A stretch of DNA of 64,000 bases from Octopus sinensis (Eukaryota): positions 51,398,001-51,462,000 of the forward strand of contig NC_043015.1 in assembly GCF_006345805.1 (NCBI RefSeq), written 5' to 3'. Under the pieces are notes generated by a model. That model made no database searches, was not told the origin of the DNA, and saw only the letters and a program-made list of their open reading frames with translations. The position numbers were made by a program, and so were the translations under genes. Within the stretch, counting starts at the first letter, position 1, and each line of letters opens with the position of its first letter. Shown here piece by piece: positions 21,935-33,233 of the stretch.

Positions 21935-22370
21935 AGGTGTAGGAGTGGCTGTGTGGTAAGTAGCTTGCTTACCAGCCACTTGGTTCCGGGTTCAGTCTCA
22001 TTGTGTGGCACCTTGGGCGAGTGTATTCTACTATAACCTTGGACCAACCAAGACCTTGTGAGTGAATTTGATAGATGGAAACTGAAAGAAACCTGTCATA
22101 TATATATATATTGGTACGTCATGTGCCGGTGGCACATAAAAAGCACCATCCAATTGTGGCCGTTTGCCAGCCTCGTCTGGCACCTGTGCCGGTGGCACGT
22201 AAAAGCATCCACTACACTCACGGAGTGGTTGGCGTTAGGAAGGGCATCCAGCCGTAGAAACATTGCTAGATCAGACTGGCCCTGGTGCAGCCTTCTGGTT
22301 TCCCAGACCTCAGTTGAACCATCCAACCCATGCTAGCATGGAAAGCAGACGCTAAACGATGATGATGATA
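21935..22370 (+). mobile_element. Chimera: SINE-A head, (TA)n, RTE LINE 3' UTR with (GAT)n tail
   Basis: Head about 21935-22100 ends at GAAACCTGTCATATATA; from about 22110 the RTE 3' UTR (GTGCCGGTGGCACGTAAAAGCA...GGAAGGGCATCCAG...ACGATGATGAT). Confidence 0.75.
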
Positions 22371-22406
22371 TATATATATATATATATACATATATATATA
22401 CACACA

Positions 22407-22692
22407 CAAAAATTTTATAATTGTGAGCATAATTATAATTAGGGTTCAGCAGAATTTGCTTCACCACATGCCGAAATTTAGAAATAGCAGTTAAGATACT
22501 ATTCTACTACCATAAGATATCTCTCAGAAAGCAATACTCTACAACTCATGCAGGTAAAGAGAAAAAAATAACGAATCCATGAGTTGTAGAGTATTGCTGT
22601 CTGGGAGATATCTTATGGTAGTGGAATAGTATTTTAACTACAAATTCTGGTGATCCCTAATTATAATTATGCTCATAATTGTAGAATTTTTG
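22407..22692. mobile_element. Fold-back MITE with nested long inverted arms
   Basis: Outer arms CAAAAATTTTATAATTGTGAGCATAATTATAATTAGGG / inverse; inner arms of about 60 bp (GATACTATTCTACTACCATAAGATATCTC...CTCTACAACTCATG / inverse); TA at right end. Confidence 0.75.
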
Positions 22693-22817
22693 TATAAGTT
22701 TACTGATAATGGTAAAATTATTAATTAGTTAATTAATTTTACCCTTTATTATTATGTGTGTGTGTGTTAGTCCCGCCAACATCGTTTGGCAACTGATGCT
22801 GGTGTGTTTATATATAT

Positions 22818-22847
<30 letters not shown>

Positions 22848-22848
<1 letters not shown>

Positions 22849-22927
22849 ATCAAAATAAGCAACAAGGATATCCAGAGGTAATGCAGTACTGCATTACCTC
22901 TGGACATCCTTGTTGCTTATTTTGATT
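22848..22927. repeat. 80-bp loopless palindrome
   Basis: 40-bp arms meet at GCAGT|ACTGC with a single mismatch. Confidence 0.95.
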
Positions 22928-23049
22928 CTAATCACCTTATTTTGAAATTGTATGGATAATGGCATACTAAATTCTGGTGCCTCAACTTAAGTACCATATT
23001 CATCTGAATCTATATATATATACATACATATATATATATACATTCAATA

Positions 23050-23255
23050 TGTGACCACGTGTGTATTGTTGGCGATTTTCATTTCCTCTGTCTTCCCTTC
23101 CTTGGATCTTTCCTTTTTCTATGTCTCTGACGAAGAGCTCCACTCAAAACGTTAAATCCTCCTTCTCTCTTTCCTTTTCTGAGTGTCCAATAACACTATA
23201 CTTGTTCCACGTCCTCGTGTTGTTGTGTTTACATGTTTGGATTAACTTTATATAT
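23050..23255 (+). mobile_element. Family P1 element with decayed minimal hammerhead
   Basis: CTGACGA A GAG CTCCA CTC AAAAC GT T (23127-23153); ends GGATTAACTTTATATATA. Confidence 0.6.
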
Positions 23256-23759
23256 ATATGTGCACTCACACACAACCACACATGTATACATGGGACTCCA
23301 GTGGCCTTCATGAAGGACTAAACATGACTGGACATGATGTGTTATGCTAGGTACCATATTTTAATGTTTATAAGGAACTCTCATGTATAAGGCGCTCCCT
23401 AATGTTTGGGGCTTAGAAATTAGGAAAAAGGTTTTGTAAGGGATTATTGCACAAAGCTTGTATAAGAAAACTCCCATATTTTTAAAACCTAATTGTTGTC
23501 AAAAAAGGGTTCCTTATACACATTAAAATATGGTATATCCTGTCTCTAACTGGCTGAGAATCATATTGTATATTCTTGCATGAAGAAAGAAATATTCTAT
23601 AGAGTGCATTGTGGTAGGCCCAATAGGTTGCACTCTCCTTGATGCCCAGTCTGTTTTCCCTACATCTGTAGCTTCTAGTGTTGACTGCATCAGAGGCTGA
23701 CCTGGTGGCCTTCAGGTGGTCCCTCTGCACCCATTGTTTGTGGTCTTTTATCATTTTAT

Positions 23760-23932
23760 CTTTTACTTGTTTCAGTCATTAGACTGTGGCCATGCTGGTG
23801 CACTGCCCTGAAGAAAGAATCAACTCCAGCCTGTTATGCTATCGATCTCTGCTGCTGAACTGCTCAGTTACAAGGATGTAAATACACCAACACTGGTTGT
23901 CAAGCACCGGTGGAAGACAGACAGTGGCACAT

Positions 23933-23970
<38 letters not shown>

Positions 23971-24145
23971 ATGCACACTTATACAATAGGATTCTTCCAG
24001 TTTTTATCTAATAAATCCACTGAGAAAGCTTTGGTCAGCTGAAGGTTATAGTAGAAGACACTTGGTGAAGGTGCCACACAGTGGGACTGAACCCAGAATC
24101 ATGTGGTTGAGAAGCAGACTTCTTACCACATGGCCACTATGCAGC
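23760..24145 (-). mobile_element. SINE family A, diverged
   Basis: Reverse tail TTTTACTTGTTTCAGTC to head TCTTACCACATGGCCAC. Confidence 0.8.
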
Positions 24146-24336
24146 CTAGTAGAGTGTTTAGTCTTAATAATGCTATTGATGTTGCAGTATTGTGTGTGTG
24201 TGCATCTGTGTCTGTGTATGTGTGTCTGTATGCATGTGTCTGTGTATGTATGTATGTCTGTGTGTGTATATGTGTGTGTATGTGTGTATGTATGTCTATG
24301 TGTGTATATGTGTGTGTATATGTGTGCGTGTATGTC

Positions 24337-24367
<31 letters not shown>

Positions 24368-25099
24368 TGTTGTGGTAGAAGGGAGAGAAGTGAATGAGAG
24401 AAAAATCATTTTTTCATTTTCTGAAGATTTTTGGCTGTAATGCTTTGGGGATTTTGTATATGTCTGTGTATTTTGCTGTGATATGAAACTGTGTCCCTTA
24501 GATATGCAAGTGGTCCTCCCATTGTCATTTCCAGTATTTTCATTTTACTCTGAATGGTCTGTGGTTGTGGTCTGTCTAAAAGCCTGTTTACCAGTTGGTG
24601 ACCAGAAGCTGCAATCTGCATACAACCTGCTGTGTGTTCTGTTTCTAGGGTGATGGTGGAGATGGTCTTTGGTGGTGGTCTGTGCATAACCTGCTCTGTG
24701 GGATTCCTTGTGTGCTCCAAGTCAATGCTGATGAAGCAATTCTTCCATTTGCATCAATTAAACGCCTAGATTGGCTGTAGAGCCATCCACATGGGTTAAC
24801 AGCTAGGATGGCTATAGGGTGTCATTAGCAATGCTGTCATGTAGATTGGGAACAGTTTAAAGACGAGAAACTGTTATAATACTATTCCGTTTCTTCTTGC
24901 GGTCTGGCTGTTTTGTCCATGTGTTCTGGTGAAGGAGGTAGTAATTTGAATGGAGAAAGATATATATAAATTTTCTTTTAGGACTGCTACTACCTGCTAC
25001 GAAGCCTTCACAAAAGTAAAATAGAGAGACAGACAGATAGACAGAAAAAGGAAAACGTCCCTTGCATTTGAAAACTATGGAAATATTTTAAAAAAAAAC

Positions 25100-25269
25100 A
25101 TTTCATTTAATTTTTCCACAATTTAATAGTTTTTCATGCTTTACTCTAAGCTGAAAAATTTGCAAAGACTGAATGAAGAACATTTTAGTACCAGTTTAAT
25201 TCTTTGCAAATTTTTCAACTTAGAGTAAAGCATGAAAAACAATTAAATTGTGGAAAAATTAAATGAAAT
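25100..25269. repeat. Inverted repeat: 69-bp arms (2 mismatches), 32-bp spacer
   Basis: 25100-25168 vs reverse complement of 25201-25269. Confidence 0.92.
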
Positions 25270-25433
25270 ATATCTCTCCTTTCTTTCTCTCCTTGTTTTT
25301 TCTGTGTACCTTTCTGTAGAAGAGCGTAGGCTCAAAACGTAAAAGACTTTTTCTATTCCTGAGCGCTATACTAATACATCTGTTTGTTTTGTACACCACC
25401 TGTCTTCGTCTTTTGCTTTTTTTCGTAAACTTT

Positions 25434-25445
<12 letters not shown>
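25270..25445 (+). mobile_element. Family P2 element with hammerhead-like remnant
   Basis: CTTT CTGTAGA A GAGC GTAG GCTC AAAAC GT A AAAG (25310-25345); ends in (TA)n. Confidence 0.6.
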
Positions 25446-25464
<19 letters not shown>

Positions 25465-25494
25465 GATAGATATAGATAGATAGATAGGTAAGAA

Positions 25495-25640
25495 TTAAGA
25501 TACAAACTCAAATTAGGCAGTGGTGTGCAAGAAAGACGACTGTGCTGGTATCGTCATGTTTTGCATATGGATGAGGACAGTTGTGTGGAAAAGTGTCACA
25601 CCCTAGCAGTAGAAGGAACCTGTAGAAGAGATAGACCACC
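25495..25640 (+). mobile_element. RTE LINE ORF2 C-terminal fragment
   Basis: VQERRLCWYRHVLHMDEDSCVEKCHTLAVEGTCRRDRP resembles the RTE R.RW.GHV.RM...GRP motif. Confidence 0.75.
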
Positions 25641-25719
25641 AGCAGCACCACCACCACATCCACCAGATAAACTTATACCTATGTACCATGTTTCATTTCT
25701 CCGATTTATCACTAGTGAC

Positions 25720-26060
25720 TACTGAATTAAGCGGAGCATTTTCTAATCGAAGTTGGATGTAGAGGGTTTGTTGGACACTGTGTGAGACGAATGTTGTTAT
25801 TGTTAGGCCTAACTCATTGTAAAGTAAATACAACCATGACCGATATCCAAACTACGGTGGAAAAGGCTAGCCACTGGAGTTGGTTAAAAAGAGACGATGA
25901 GTGATGGCTAGAAGGATATTGAGCTTTATTTGATAACCAGTTGATCTAGCTAGCGGGGCTTCATATCATTGAGCGGGGGGCAGTGTGCATTGATGCCGTT
26001 GAGAAGAAGGCCCCGAAACATTGCACATTCTCTCCTGACGACCCCATGCACTTGCTGGCT
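25720..26060 (+). mobile_element. 3' end of a restriction-like-endonuclease (HERO/NeSL-like) non-LTR retrotransposon
   Basis: Frame 25746-25904 (no ATG, so absent from the ORF track): IEVGCRGFVGHCVRRMLLLLGL...EKASHWSWLKRDDE*, matching the recalled EVGCRGF...EKAS.W.W.KR end of HERO-like elements. Confidence 0.6.
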
Positions 26061-26146
26061 TCTGGTATGCAGAGTTTTTGACTGGTAGCACTTGCATGTG
26101 CAAGTTGTTTGCAAAACATATATTTCATTTTTGTTCAGGTTCCAAC

Positions 26147-26355
26147 GAATTTTTGTGAATGTTTTTTTTTTCCATTTTGGAGAGAGAACCTCATATTTAC
26201 CATTCTGGTAGCTGGAGTATGGACTGGTCTTCCGAGTAGAACAATCGACTCGGAAGAACAGTTCATACATTGACTACCACCAAAGTTCACCATATACAGA
26301 ACAGTAAATATGATAGGTTCTCTCTCCAAAATAGAAAAACCATTCTCAAAAATTC
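26147..26355. mobile_element. Fold-back element/MITE forming one long hairpin
   Basis: Outer arms of about 60 bp (GAATTTTTG...GGAGAGAGAACCT...CATATTTAC); inner 21-bp stem 26217-26237/26248-26268 with 10-nt loop. Confidence 0.75.
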
Positions 26356-26821
26356 ATATATTTCATTTATTTCTCAGATATGATGATCAGGATGATCATA
26401 TTGTTTGTCTTTTTCTCTCTCTCTGTCTCTTTCTCTCTCTCTCACACACATACACACCTCCTTAGTCTCTCATACACACATACACACTTCCTCTCTCTCA
26501 CTTTTTTTTTCCTTTTACTTATATCTCTCGCTCTTATAATCTTTCTCTCTTTCTCCTTTTATCTCTCTCTGTCTCTCCGTTAATCTCTCTATCTTTTCTT
26601 TCTTTCTCTCTCTCTTTCTCTCTCTCTTACTCTCTTCATATACCAAAGATGACATTGAGAAAGAGATTGTAAACTGTAAAACTTCAGCTCATTTCTTCAA
26701 TTTTTTCCAATGGAGTTAAACCACAAAGTTACTCCTATGACTGCAGCAGCACTCCCTTAAGGCTTCGAATAATTCATAGTTTTATCTTTCCCCATCAGAA
26801 TGGAATCCTTCTTGCACCGAT

Positions 26822-26857
<36 letters not shown>

Positions 26858-26884
26858 AATATAAATATATATATGTGTATATAC

Positions 26885-26915
<31 letters not shown>

Positions 26916-28454
26916 TGTATATACATATATATATATATATACGTACATGTATCAATGTCTGTATGTAAGTGCATATGTCTCTCAGTGTGTGTGTGTGTGT
27001 GTGTGTGTGTTTGTGTTTGTATGCAAATGTAAAAACCAATAAGAAGCTATAGATATTTAACTAGTGTGGAGGAAACGGAAACCTAAGCTTAGTTATAACT
27101 AATTTGATTTAAGTTCCCTGCAACTGCAAAAATTCTTGACAAAAATTTGAAAAGTAAGATAAATCTACAATCAGATTAAAACCTTCGTGTTTGTTATTCT
27201 AGCTGCGTCTCCTTCAATGGCCATAAGTCTTGTGAAGTTAAAATCCCTTGATTTCAAATCTGCAAGAAAACCGGCGATTCATTTAGATTTTTGACAATAC
27301 GCGTTAATTGAATCTCTTGAGAGTGTTTCATTGAAAAACAGTTTCAGAAATAGTTGGATTGCCACCACCTCTTGCAATACAGTACTACCACAATGCCGTT
27401 TGCAGAGTGGGCTTTCCAAACTACTGCATGCAGCTAAATAAGAATGAGAATTCTCCTTTCAATATAAAGGCCGTCTCTTTATTTCTGTCTATTTTTCTCC
27501 CTCCCACATTTTACAATCGAGCTTGTTTTTGTTTCTTCTTGTGCAAACAAAATTTCATTCATATTTGAAATATTCACGGCATGGCAATAAATTTCATGAT
27601 AAAAATGAACGTGAAATATTCATTGTGCGGCAATAAATTAAACGGTAAAAATCTACTCAGAGAACAAGTCTTCAGAATTAGATTTACAAAGCTATTGACA
27701 GAAAAATATTGCTCTGCAATAGTAATGTGATAAAAAGCTACTTGATTCATACGTAGCTGATTATGCAAACAGAATCTACATGCATTCACAGTGTCTATAA
27801 TTTATGATCCATTCATAATTAGAGATGGTTAAGAATTTAACAGAATCTAGATGTACAATTAAAAATTCCCCTGGCTTTCTTTTACCATTCTTTCCCCTTT
27901 CTTGTTTTGTTTTCCGTCCTGTTTAAGATATTTTGATTAATGTAACAGGATGGCGGTAGATTTCAATGCACATTATAAGAATGATTTATTCATTAGAATA
28001 TTCCGCTGGATGTCTTGAAATAATACCCAAAGCCTTGTTCTCACTGATAAATTGCTATAAGAGTTTTTGAAGATTCTGCAAATTTCTCACCTTCAAAACA
28101 AAAAAGAAAATAAAAAAAATAAATAAAAAGGGAAATCATAAAAGAAAGCAAGATTAATTTAAAGAATAAATTTATTCTCTGAGTTGCTAATCCATTTTAT
28201 CTGCTAAATGGAATTAAAGAGACAAAAGTGATAGGGTTGTTGTTTCTTATCAAAATATTTAGTGGCCATCGATTGCTGCCTAATATGATAAAGGAAAGAG
28301 CTTTCAGACTTTGTCAACAAATAACTGTGTGTGCTTCTGTTTTTTGAGGAACTTCTAAATGTTTGGTTAAGAATATTAATATTTTTGAAGGCATGGCGGT
28401 CCACACAGCCACGACAATGGGTCCCTGGATTGACTGCATTCAAATATTCGGTAC

Positions 28455-28745
28455 ATGAGATAATGAGTTCGATTCTTGGATCGGGCTGCGTGTTGTGTTC
28501 TTGATCAAGACACTTTATTTCACATTGCTCCAGTCCGCTCATCTGTAGAAATGAGTTGCAACATCACTGGTGCCAAGCTGTATCAACCTTTGCCCTTCTT
28601 CTGGATAATATCGATGGTCTGGAGACAGGAGGCTGGTATGCATGGGCGACTGCTGGTCTTCCATAAACAGCCATGCCCAGACTTGTGCTTCAGAGGTAAC
28701 TTTCTAGGTGCAATTCCATGGTCATTCATGTCTGAAGAGGGTCTT
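28455..28745 (+). mobile_element. SINE family C (other pieces: 47385-47450 minus, 47455-47665 plus, 61385-61670 plus)
   Basis: GAGTTCGATTC B-box-like motif, TTGAGCAAGACACTTTATTTCACATTGCTCCAGTC core, tail ...CTAGGTGCAATTCCATGGTCATTCATG...GGGTCTTT. Confidence 0.65.
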
Positions 28746-29734
28746 TATTTGGCTTCATCTGTCACTGTTCTGTGTTCAAATACTGATGGATTTAACTTTT
28801 ATTTTCTTTTTAATCTCTTCTGGGATTCATAAAACTAATACTAGTAATTTACTGGGGTCAGTTTCAGTAATCATATTCTTCTACAAAATTTCTGCTTTGA
28901 AAAAATGGACAATAACTCTTTTTATTTTTGTTTTTTTCTTGGTTTAATTCCTAGACAGAGGATGGAGGGTAGTATCATGACCATTTATATAGGGTCCAAA
29001 AGAATGGTTGGGCAGATAGGGGAGGCAGGACAAAGGCAGAAAACCCTGGATAAGTTTAATAGGAAGTAGGCATCATGTTATACTCAGACTGGGGATCTAC
29101 AGCAAATGCTTGTCACCTGAGTGGACTCAACAATCTCTGACCAAATATCAATGTCCTTCCTGGTTCTCTTCAGGCACGTTCACCCCCATTAACTATGTCA
29201 ACCAATTCAACAAAACGATATCCTAATTTATTTTTAATTTACCTATATTACATATGAAGTTTCTCATTATTATTATCATAGATGTTGGTTTTGATATCAA
29301 AACTAGGGCTAATGCAAATATAGGAGTTCGAAACTAGGGCTAATGCAAATACAGGGATCTGAGATGTTCAGCATGTCTGTCTGTCATGAAATCCCCCCTC
29401 CACCCCACACTACGACAGTAAACAGTTTTTCCCTTTTGTTCCTCTGTATTTCGTGAGATGTGTTCACAGAGGGAGGTGATACAGGACAACAGTTTTGCAG
29501 CTTCCCATACTGCCCCACACAAATTTACATGGAAACTGCACATCTACTTAATAAATTATTATTGATATATATATATATATTTTTTTGTACATGCATGGGT
29601 TTGATGAGGGATCAAGGATTCCATAAAGAAATCAATGGTGTAAGGCACCTCTGGTGTAGATTAAGCCCAGCCCTCCAAACTGCTGGTCTTGTGGCTATAC
29701 CAGAAACCATTGTTTATAGCTGTATCTGTTTCTG

Positions 29735-29945
29735 GTGCCAGTGCCAAAGCACCCATGCTGGTGCCATGTAAAAAGCACCCAGTGCACTCTGTAAAGTGGT
29801 TGGCATTAGGAAGGGCATCTGTAGAAACTGGAGCTTGGCGCTGTCCTGACTTGCCAGTTCCTGTCAAACTGTCCAACCCTTGCCAGCATGGAAAACGGAT
29901 GGTAAATAATGATGGTGATGATGATGATGATGATGATGATGGTGG
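29735..29945 (+). mobile_element. RTE LINE 3' UTR with (GAT)n tail
   Basis: CATGTAAAAAGCACCC...AGGAAGGGCATC...GATGATGATG. Confidence 0.75.
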
Positions 29946-30264
29946 TGATGGTGGTAGTGATACAGTAGCAGTGGCAGTTAAGTTCATGTTTCTCAAAGCT
30001 TCTAGACTTTCATACTGTAAACCTACTGCATTTCATTGACATATTCATCAGAGTTAACAACAACAACAATAAATTTAAGAGCAATAATACCAGATTAGTA
30101 AAAAAAAATGTTGTGGGATTAACGTATGACAGATTTGAACTCAAAGTTTTCTGGATTAAAGAATCTAGCATTCTAACCAATCAGCTAATCACTTCCCTCA
30201 TTTCTTCTGTGCAGTATTAAAAGAGCATACATGATCAAACCAAGAACTAGAGACAAATTGTTTT

Positions 30265-30645
30265 GTCTTTTACTTCTTTCAGGCATTAAGACTGTGGCCA
30301 TGCTGGAACCTTACCTTGAGGAATTATAGTTGAATGAATCCATCCCAATACTTGTTCTGTTTTTCTTAAAGCCTGGTACTTTATCGTCCTCTTTTGTTGA
30401 ACTGCTAAGTTATGGGGGTGCAAACTGACCAATGCTGACTGTCAAGCGGTGGTGGGGGGCAAACATATATATGTATATATGATGGGCTTCTTCCAGTTTC
30501 CATCTACTAAATTCGTTCGAAAGGCTTTGCTTGGTTTCAGGTGGTAGTTGAAAATACTTGCCCAAGGTGCTGTGCTGTGGGACTGAACCTGTATCCATGT
30601 GATTGGAAAGCAAACTTTGTGCCACACAGCCATACTCGCACCTAA
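30265..30645 (-). mobile_element. SINE family A, diverged
   Basis: Reverse tail and head motifs (GACTGTGGCCATGCTGG ... CCACACAGCCATACTCGCACC). Confidence 0.75.
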
Positions 30646-31254
30646 TTATTGGAAAGAAATTTATAGAAATTGAGAAATTTCTCCAGAGTGGAAAAGATTA
30701 ATCAACCAGCACAAAATTTCGCAAATTTGGCAGCACATGAAACTGATTTAGCATCCTTTATAGTTTCTTAAGAAGTGTTGTTGAGGAGGAAGAAGAGGAA
30801 TTAAGCCTAATCGATATTACGTTGACTGATGATGGTAAAGTCTTCTTATGTAAAAGATTACTGATCATCACAGCCTCTCGGCTATCTTAACCGTTCTTCA
30901 ATAGCATGGTCAATGTAATCCTTTCTGCATTTTATATTGAAACCTTGGGGCTATCTGAATCTCTTCCATTGTCTCTCAGGCAGCTATTGCCTGGTTTTTC
31001 AGAATTTGGAGGAGAAAGCCCTATGCACACACACACACACACACACACATACACTCTCCCTTTCTCTCTCTCTCTCTCTCTCTCTGTAACATCTTCATGT
31101 AATTACTTGAAGGTATCTTGCTTTTAATTGGGATCCATTAAGAACTTAAAGGCAAGATTTTGGCAAACAGCAACATACCAAAACAGTTAGGTTCCAGGTT
31201 CAAACACCACTAAGGGCGGAGCCAGTGTCATGAATAGCAGTAAGGCTGACCTTC

Positions 31255-31560
31255 TTCAGGGTGTGTGTGGAGAGCATTGTTCTCCACAGAGCTGAAACCT
31301 GGAATTATGAAAAAGGAATTTCAAAACTGACTTGGTGCTATGTACACATGGCCTCTTATGAGGGCCGAGAACCTCTTATGGCATGTCCTAAGCTCAGAGA
31401 CCAAAAAGGAGATCTATAAACAAAGTCGCTAGTTAGAAAATCTCTATGAGACGAAAATAGTATCTATACCGAGTAGTAACGTTTATCACCACATCAGTAT
31501 GGCTGTTTCATAGGAACCGCTAATACTACCGTTTTTAACCCCAGGAGGACACCTGCAACT
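31255..31560 (+). mobile_element. Highly decayed LINE RT C-terminal fragment (RTE/RTEX-like)
   Basis: ESIVLHRAETWNYEKG...YTWPLMRAENLLW resembles E.ILLYGSETW...YTRLLMRA.N.SW. Confidence 0.45.
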
Positions 31561-31590
31561 GGTTAGTTGATGCAATCTGTACCCAATATA

Positions 31591-31620
31591 TTGGGTTGTC
31601 CGGAAAGTTTGTGTCGATTT
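31591..31620 (+). mobile_element. Solitary TIR of the mariner family at 3284
   Basis: TA|TTGGGTTGTCCGGAAAGTTTGTGTCGATTT. Confidence 0.7.
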
Positions 31621-32139
31621 ACATGAGGAACCCTCTAATATTTGCTCTGCCCAACCAGAACAGAGACTCCCTTGTAACTCTCTTCACCATAAAGGCAGTG
31701 AAGCATTAGAAGTCTGTACCTAGCAACATGATTGTTAAAAAAACACAATATTAAGCAAAAAAAAAACATAACAGGGGAACAGTTTTCCCTTAATTTAGGC
31801 AAATTTAGTCTCAGTGGTAAGCACTGATGTTAAATTTACTCTCTCTTGAAAGTTGGTTTTGTGTGTAAAGAAATTAATTCATTTTTCAGTTGTCTGTCAC
31901 CCTCTTTCCCACCATCCCCAATTTTCTGTTCCCATTCATTCTTTATATATATATATACACACACCTTCTTGTACTTTTAGAGTGTACCCGAACATCTCCT
32001 CTCCTCTTAAACAAGACTTTATCCTGTCCCAAAATTACATGTTAGCCTCTCAGCCCCAGGCACAAAGTCTCCTCTCTCAATACTGCACCCACCCACCCCA
32101 CTTTGTCAAGGTGTCTTGTCTTGTGAGTTAATTAGTGAT

Positions 32140-32285
32140 CTCACTTCAAATTCCAGAGGTCGACTTTACCTTTCATTGCTTCAGGTTCGATAAATTAAGT
32201 ACCAGTTGCATACTGGGCTTGATCTAATCGACCGCCCCCACCCCTCCCCAAAAATTTCGGGCCTTGTGTCTAGAGTAGAAAAGAA
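32140..32285 (+). mobile_element. SINE family B (B1), 5'-truncated
   Basis: TTCAAATTCC...GATAAATTAAGTACCAG...GGGCCTTGTGTCTAGAGTAGAAAAGAAT. Confidence 0.75.
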
Positions 32286-32329
32286 TTAGTGATCTCACTA
32301 GTAGTACCAGTGCTCTGAACAAAGCCCCC

Positions 32330-33201
32330 AGTATAGTCTGTGAAGTGGTTGGCATTAGGAAGAGCATCCAACCATAGAAACCATGCCAAAGCATGAACCA
32401 TTGAAATCCAACATAGTGTTCTGGTTCATCAGATCTTGTCAAACCATCCAGTACATGCTGGAGTTGAACATGAATAAAATTACTGTCCTCCCTACATACA
32501 TGCTCGTCCTTTACCGGTGTCAGTGCCTCATAAAACGCACTCATGCCAATGTTGCATAAATGTACCCATGCTGGTGGTATGTAATAAGCATCCAGCACTT
32601 TCTGTAAAGTGGTTGGCATTAGGAAGGACATCCATTTGTAGAAACCATGTCACAACAGACAGTTGGAATCTGGCCAGCTCCCCAGCTGGCCAACTCTGTA
32701 TCAAACTGTCCAACCCATGCCAGCAAGGAAAACAGACTGTCTTCTGTGCTGTTGGTACGTAAAAAGCACGATCTGTATGTGGTTGATGCCAGCCCTCTCA
32801 CCCCATCTAGCTCCTGTGCCAGTGGCATGTAAAAACACCAACTGAACGTGGTCAATGCCAGCCCCCTTACCCCGTCTGGCTCCTGTACCAGTGGCATGTA
32901 AAAAGCACCAACCAAACATGGTTGATGCCAACCCTCTCACCCCATCTGGCTCTTGTGCCAGTTGAAAATTTAAAGCACCAGCCAAACGTGGTCAATGCCA
33001 GCATCCTTGCCCTGTCTGGCTCTTGTGCCAGTGGCATGTAAAAAGCACCTGCTACACTCTTGAAGTGGTTGGCGTTAGGAAGGGCATCCAGCTGTAGAAA
33101 CGTTGCTAGATCATATTGGAGCCTGGTGCAGCCTCCTGGCTTGCCAGACCCCAGTCAAACCGTCTGACCCATGCCAGCATGGAAAACAGATGTTAAACAA
33201 C

Positions 33202-33232
<31 letters not shown>
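32330..33232 (+). mobile_element. Three consecutive RTE 3' UTR copies; the last holds four tandem repeats of about 70 bp (32761-33040)
   Basis: GGTTGGC(A/G)TTAGGAAG near 32348, 32611 and 33068; repeat units start at about 32761, 32831, 32900 and 32970. Confidence 0.75.

Positions 33233-33233
<1 letters not shown>

Noticed and set aside
24838-24880. VDWEQFKDEKLL* as the missing IFT80 last exon
   Set aside because: Only DWE matches, and there is no acceptor in the right phase.
24406-24900. 104-aa minus ORF; faint resemblance to a LINE endonuclease (WSPTGK)
   Set aside because: Too degenerate to support; no catalytic motif is readable.
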